A DNA stretch of 62,694 bases, counting the filler. It is 3 parts of 3 records of this genome, joined end to end, with 100 filler letters (N's around TTAATTAATTAA, not from the genome) between each part and the next. Parts side by side here need not be neighbours in the genome. Positions count along the whole stretch, not along the records: positions 54,690 to 62,694 come from DRR378314_436; 2 more parts are not named here. One strand, 5' to 3'. The number at the start of each line of letters is the position of its first letter. Position 1 is the first letter of the stretch. The notes under the pieces are model-generated. The model worked only from the letters and a program-made list of their open reading frames with translations. It did not search any database and had not been told where the DNA came from. Below, in pieces: positions 59,115 to 62,694 of the stretch. A program made the translations under genes and the position numbers.

Positions 59115-60236
59115 TTATTTAAGGCGGGTGACAATACCATCCACTACGCCATAGACCCACTCTCGGGCTCGCTGCCGCCAGGACCGTGCGGCCCAGGCGG
59201 CAGCATCGACTTCTTGACTGGCGGTAAAGTTACGCTCAAACAGCGATTGAACTTGTTTGGCGAAGGCTTGGTTTTCTACTTCTTGATTGGCTTCAAGGTT
59301 CCAGTGCAGATTCCAATGGTCGAAGTTGCATGAACCAAGACTGACCCAGTCATCTGCTAACACAAACTTGGCATGAATAAACGTGGGCTGGAACTCAAAA
59401 ATCCGCACGCCGGCTTTTAACAACGCTTGGTAAAACCGTTGTCCTGCATAGCGCACGCCCGGGTGGTCATGTTTACTGCCCGGTAATAGTAAACAAACAT
59501 CCACGCCACGCCGTGCTGCCCGAATCAGGCGTCGGCGCAGCGTGAAGGTCGGCACAAAATAAGGTGTACATAGCCAAAGCCGCTTGTTTGCCTGATTTAC
59601 CCGCGCATGGAGCGAGTGGCGGATAGCTTGGTAGCGATACCCCCTCGCTGACATCACTCGGCCGCGTATGCCATCAGCATAATGTACGGCTGTCCGCTGT
59701 GGCGGCAACGCCGCGCTAGCCCGCCCACCACCTTCTTGCCGTGTTAACCGGGAGCGCCATAAGCGGCGAAAAAGCCCTTCCCAATCAGCAACCACCGGGC
59801 CTTCGATGCGCACCGCAATTTCGTACCATGCTTCCAGAAACTCATCCACCGCGCCAAATCCGCCGGTAAACGCAATCTCTCCATCCACGACAACAATTTT
59901 GCGATGGTCACGGCTTAAGTTACGAGCCAGCGAGTGAAAACCGATGGGATTAAAGAACCGTAATGCGACACCTGCTTGCTCTAGGCGTGTGCGGTCACGG
60001 TGCTCCAATCCCATAGAGCCATAACCATCGAGCAGCAAATACACCTTTACACCGCGCTCAGCAGCGTCGATCAACGCATTACTCATCTGGCTCGCTAACT
60101 TACCTGACTCCATCAAGTAGAGCTCCACCAGCACGTAGTACTCCGCTTGACTAACCGCATCAAACATAGCTGGCAAAAATCGCGTTGCTTCCGGCAACAG
60201 AGTCGTGCGGTTGCCTTCACGCCACACGTGCTGCAT
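59115..60236 (-). CDS. Phospholipase D-family protein (cardiolipin synthase ClsB-like)
   Basis: Two HKD motifs (HRKIVVVD, HAKFVLAD) and TPYFVP. No N-terminal TM. Confidence 0.88.
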   Translation of the reverse strand: MQHVWREGNRTTLLPEATRFLPAMFDAVSQAEYYVLVELYLMESGKLASQMSNALIDAAERGVKVYLLLDGYGSMGLEHRDRTRLEQAGVALRFFNPIGFHSLARNLSRDHRKIVVVDGEIAFTGGFGAVDEFLEAWYEIAVRIEGPVVADWEGLFRRLWRSRLTRQEGGGRASAALPPQRTAVHYADGIRGRVMSARGYRYQAIRHSLHARVNQANKRLWLCTPYFVPTFTLRRRLIRAARRGVDVCLLLPGSKHDHPGVRYAGQRFYQALLKAGVRIFEFQPTFIHAKFVLADDWVSLGSCNFDHWNLHWNLEANQEVENQAFAKQVQSLFERNFTASQEVDAAAWAARSWRQRAREWVYGVVDGIVTRLK

Positions 60237-60263
60237 AGAGACTCCTTCTCTTGATGAAACGGC

Positions 60264-60983
60264 TCAGCGACGAGCCAGCGAGCGATGGACGTACAAATCG
60301 TATCGGCTCGTTTTACCTTCCAGTGTATGCTGCGGCGCGGGGCCGTCGATAGGGGGTGCTTTACGGGGGCGCTTGACCACTACTCGATGCGTCGCTACAT
60401 CCAGCGCCGCTTCTAATAAGCGCGGTGCATCATCGTCATCTCCCGCCAGCTCTCGAAACACGCGCATCTCTTTCTTGACCAACGCCGACTTTTCACGGTG
60501 CGGAAACATCGGATCAAGATGAACAACCTCAGGATCAAAGGCCGCGCTTTCCACAAGGGCAGCCAACTGTTCAGCGGCATCACCATGGCGGAGCGTCATA
60601 CGCAAGGCAATCTCTGCTGTCGACTCTGTTCTTGCGGCACGCGCGAGGCCATCTTGAAGCAGCGCGGCAATCGCCGCGACACGTTCAATTAATAAGACAT
60701 TTGCGCCCAGGCTTGCCAGTACAAATGCATCCCGACCTAAACCAGCCGTGGCATCCACGACGTTAGGTGTGATGCCTTTAGCAAGCCCACAGGCTTTTGC
60801 CACTAACTGCCCGCGACCACCACCAAACTGACGGCGATGGGCTGCCTTTCCAGCGGCAAAATCCACGCTAAGCGGTTTTCCGTATTGGCGCTCATCACCT
60901 GACAGTGCCAATTGGCCATCAACGTAGCTAAGCGCTAACCCCGAAGGCAGCACAAGCGTCTCTGGGCTTGCCATGTGGCTCAT
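60264..60983 (-). CDS. rsmJ: 16S rRNA m2G1516 methyltransferase RsmJ
   Basis: [38 protein letters not shown]. Confidence 0.92.
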   Translation of the reverse strand: MSHMASPETLVLPSGLALSYVDGQLALSGDERQYGKPLSVDFAAGKAAHRRQFGGGRGQLVAKACGLAKGITPNVVDATAGLGRDAFVLASLGANVLLIERVAAIAALLQDGLARAARTESTAEIALRMTLRHGDAAEQLAALVESAAFDPEVVHLDPMFPHREKSALVKKEMRVFRELAGDDDDAPRLLEAALDVATHRVVVKRPRKAPPIDGPAPQHTLEGKTSRYDLYVHRSLARR

Positions 60984-61681
60984 GCTGGCTTTTTCCAGGC
61001 CACGTCGTTGCGCAAATAAACTGGCTGTGCTTCATGGGCTGCCTGACCCAACCCCGCTTCCAAATCACGAGCGGCTAGCCATGCCATCTCTTCGGCCCGT
61101 GGCTCAAGATCAGTGAGGTGCTGAGACATGTTGGCTTGTAGGCTTAACGCAAAGTCATCCCACAGCGTAAACCCCGAGCCCACGCCTACCCAGTCGGTCT
61201 CCTCCGCAGGCAAACAAAAGTTAGCAGGCGCCACGACCGCTTCGTCACTTTGCAAGCTAAGCGTGTCATTTAAACAGTGCCAAGTAGCCGCATAGATTTC
61301 GCCCATACGGGCATCTAACGCGGTCACTACATGACGAAAATGGTAGCGGCGATGGGCCTGAAGCGCGAGCGCTTCCAAGGTGGAAATACCCAACAATGGA
61401 CGATCCAGCCCAAACGCTAAGCCTTGCGCTGCACCGGCAGCGATGCGCAAGCCGGTGAACGAACCGGGGCCACGCCCAAACGCAACCGCATCTAGCTGCT
61501 GCGTAGAAATATTGGCCTCAGCGAGAATGTCATCCACCATCGGCATTAAGCGCCGGGTATGGGCCCTTGGCGTCATCTCGAAACGCGCCAAGCATTCACG
61601 CTGGCTACCCTGCTGGCGCAATAAAGCCGCAGAGCAGGCACTAGAAGATGCGTCCAGTGCGAGAAGGTATAACGATGACAT
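60980..61681 (-). CDS. tsaB: tRNA t6A biosynthesis protein TsaB
   Basis: [33 protein letters not shown]. Confidence 0.94.
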   Translation of the reverse strand: MSSLYLLALDASSSACSAALLRQQGSQRECLARFEMTPRAHTRRLMPMVDDILAEANISTQQLDAVAFGRGPGSFTGLRIAAGAAQGLAFGLDRPLLGISTLEALALQAHRRYHFRHVVTALDARMGEIYAATWHCLNDTLSLQSDEAVVAPANFCLPAEETDWVGVGSGFTLWDDFALSLQANMSQHLTDLEPRAEEMAWLAARDLEAGLGQAAHEAQPVYLRNDVAWKKPA

Positions 61682-61735
61682 CGATTCTGCACTCCATAAA
61701 ATAGACCGTCATTATACCTTTACGCGGCCTCAACG

Positions 61736-61768
61736 ACGATGGCCCGCAGGTAACCTGCGGGCCATCGT
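61736..61768. repeat. Perfect inverted repeat between adk and tsaB
   Basis: ACGATGGCCCGCAGGT-A-ACCTGCGGGCCATCGT, 16-bp arms. Confidence 0.85.
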
Positions 61769-61790
61769 GACATTCACTAGCATGTGCTAC

Positions 61791-62462
<672 letters not shown>

Positions 62463-62640
62463 TTAGTCGTTAGATATGAATAATTTTTGAATAATGGACT
62501 GACAATAACCGTGCCGTTCGGATGACACAACTCCCCAAAAGCCTGATAACGCATTTTTTTAACATTTTCTTAAGCAAAAACAGTCAGGTGGCAATTTCTT
62601 GTACTTTGGTCACCCCTTCTTTGCAGACCTACTGAACTGT

Positions 62641-62678
62641 TTTAAACACAAGCGGCGCCCTATTGGGCGCCGCTTGTG
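62641..62678 (-). terminator. Intrinsic terminator of an upstream minus-strand gene that ends at the window edge
   Basis: CACAAGCGGCGCCC-tatt-GGGCGCCGCTTGTG, 14-bp stem. A minus-strand TAA lies at 62681-62683. Confidence 0.7.
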
Positions 62679-62694
62679 GCTTACTGCGAGACGA

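Overview
The window is not one locus. It holds three unrelated contigs joined by artificial spacers (N44-TTAATTAATTAA-N44 at 24137-24236 and 54590-54689). Contig 1 (1-24136) is a gene-dense alphaproteobacterial core region, Rhodobacteraceae/Roseobacter-like by gene content. It carries smpB, sseA-aspC, glnK-amtB, a class A PBP, a type I secretion ABC/MFP pair with no cargo or TolC nearby, a RidA-GDPD-GNAT-PCD-MscS operon, map, sfsA, a CinA-like-GNAT-AhpD-OmpA operon, a lipoprotein and a LysR gene. Contig 2 (24237-54589) is eukaryotic nuclear DNA with GT-AG introns, probably from a protist, and the ORF track fragments it badly. Manual splicing gives seven genes: an EGF-repeat/LamG extracellular protein, a divergent TFIIIC subunit 1-like gene, a complete 10-exon CDK10/11-like kinase, an SFT2/Got1 protein, an orphan 3-exon gene, an OSCA/TMEM63 channel and, head-to-head with it, an anoctamin/TMEM16 gene. 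Contig 3 (54690-62694) is gammaproteobacterial, Halomonas-like: an ErdR/CrbR-like regulator, acs, sprT, a UPF0149 gene, a PLD/cardiolipin synthase, rsmJ, tsaB and adk. I found no CRISPR array, transposase, rRNA or convincing tRNA, and I cannot support a definitively new biological system. The best leads are the divergent OSCA/anoctamin pair, the EGF-LamG protein, the hidden TFIIIC gene, an anti-Shine-Dalgarno hairpin in the LysR 3' UTR and putative ErdR boxes upstream of acs. All family assignments come from motif recognition by eye, not from database searches.
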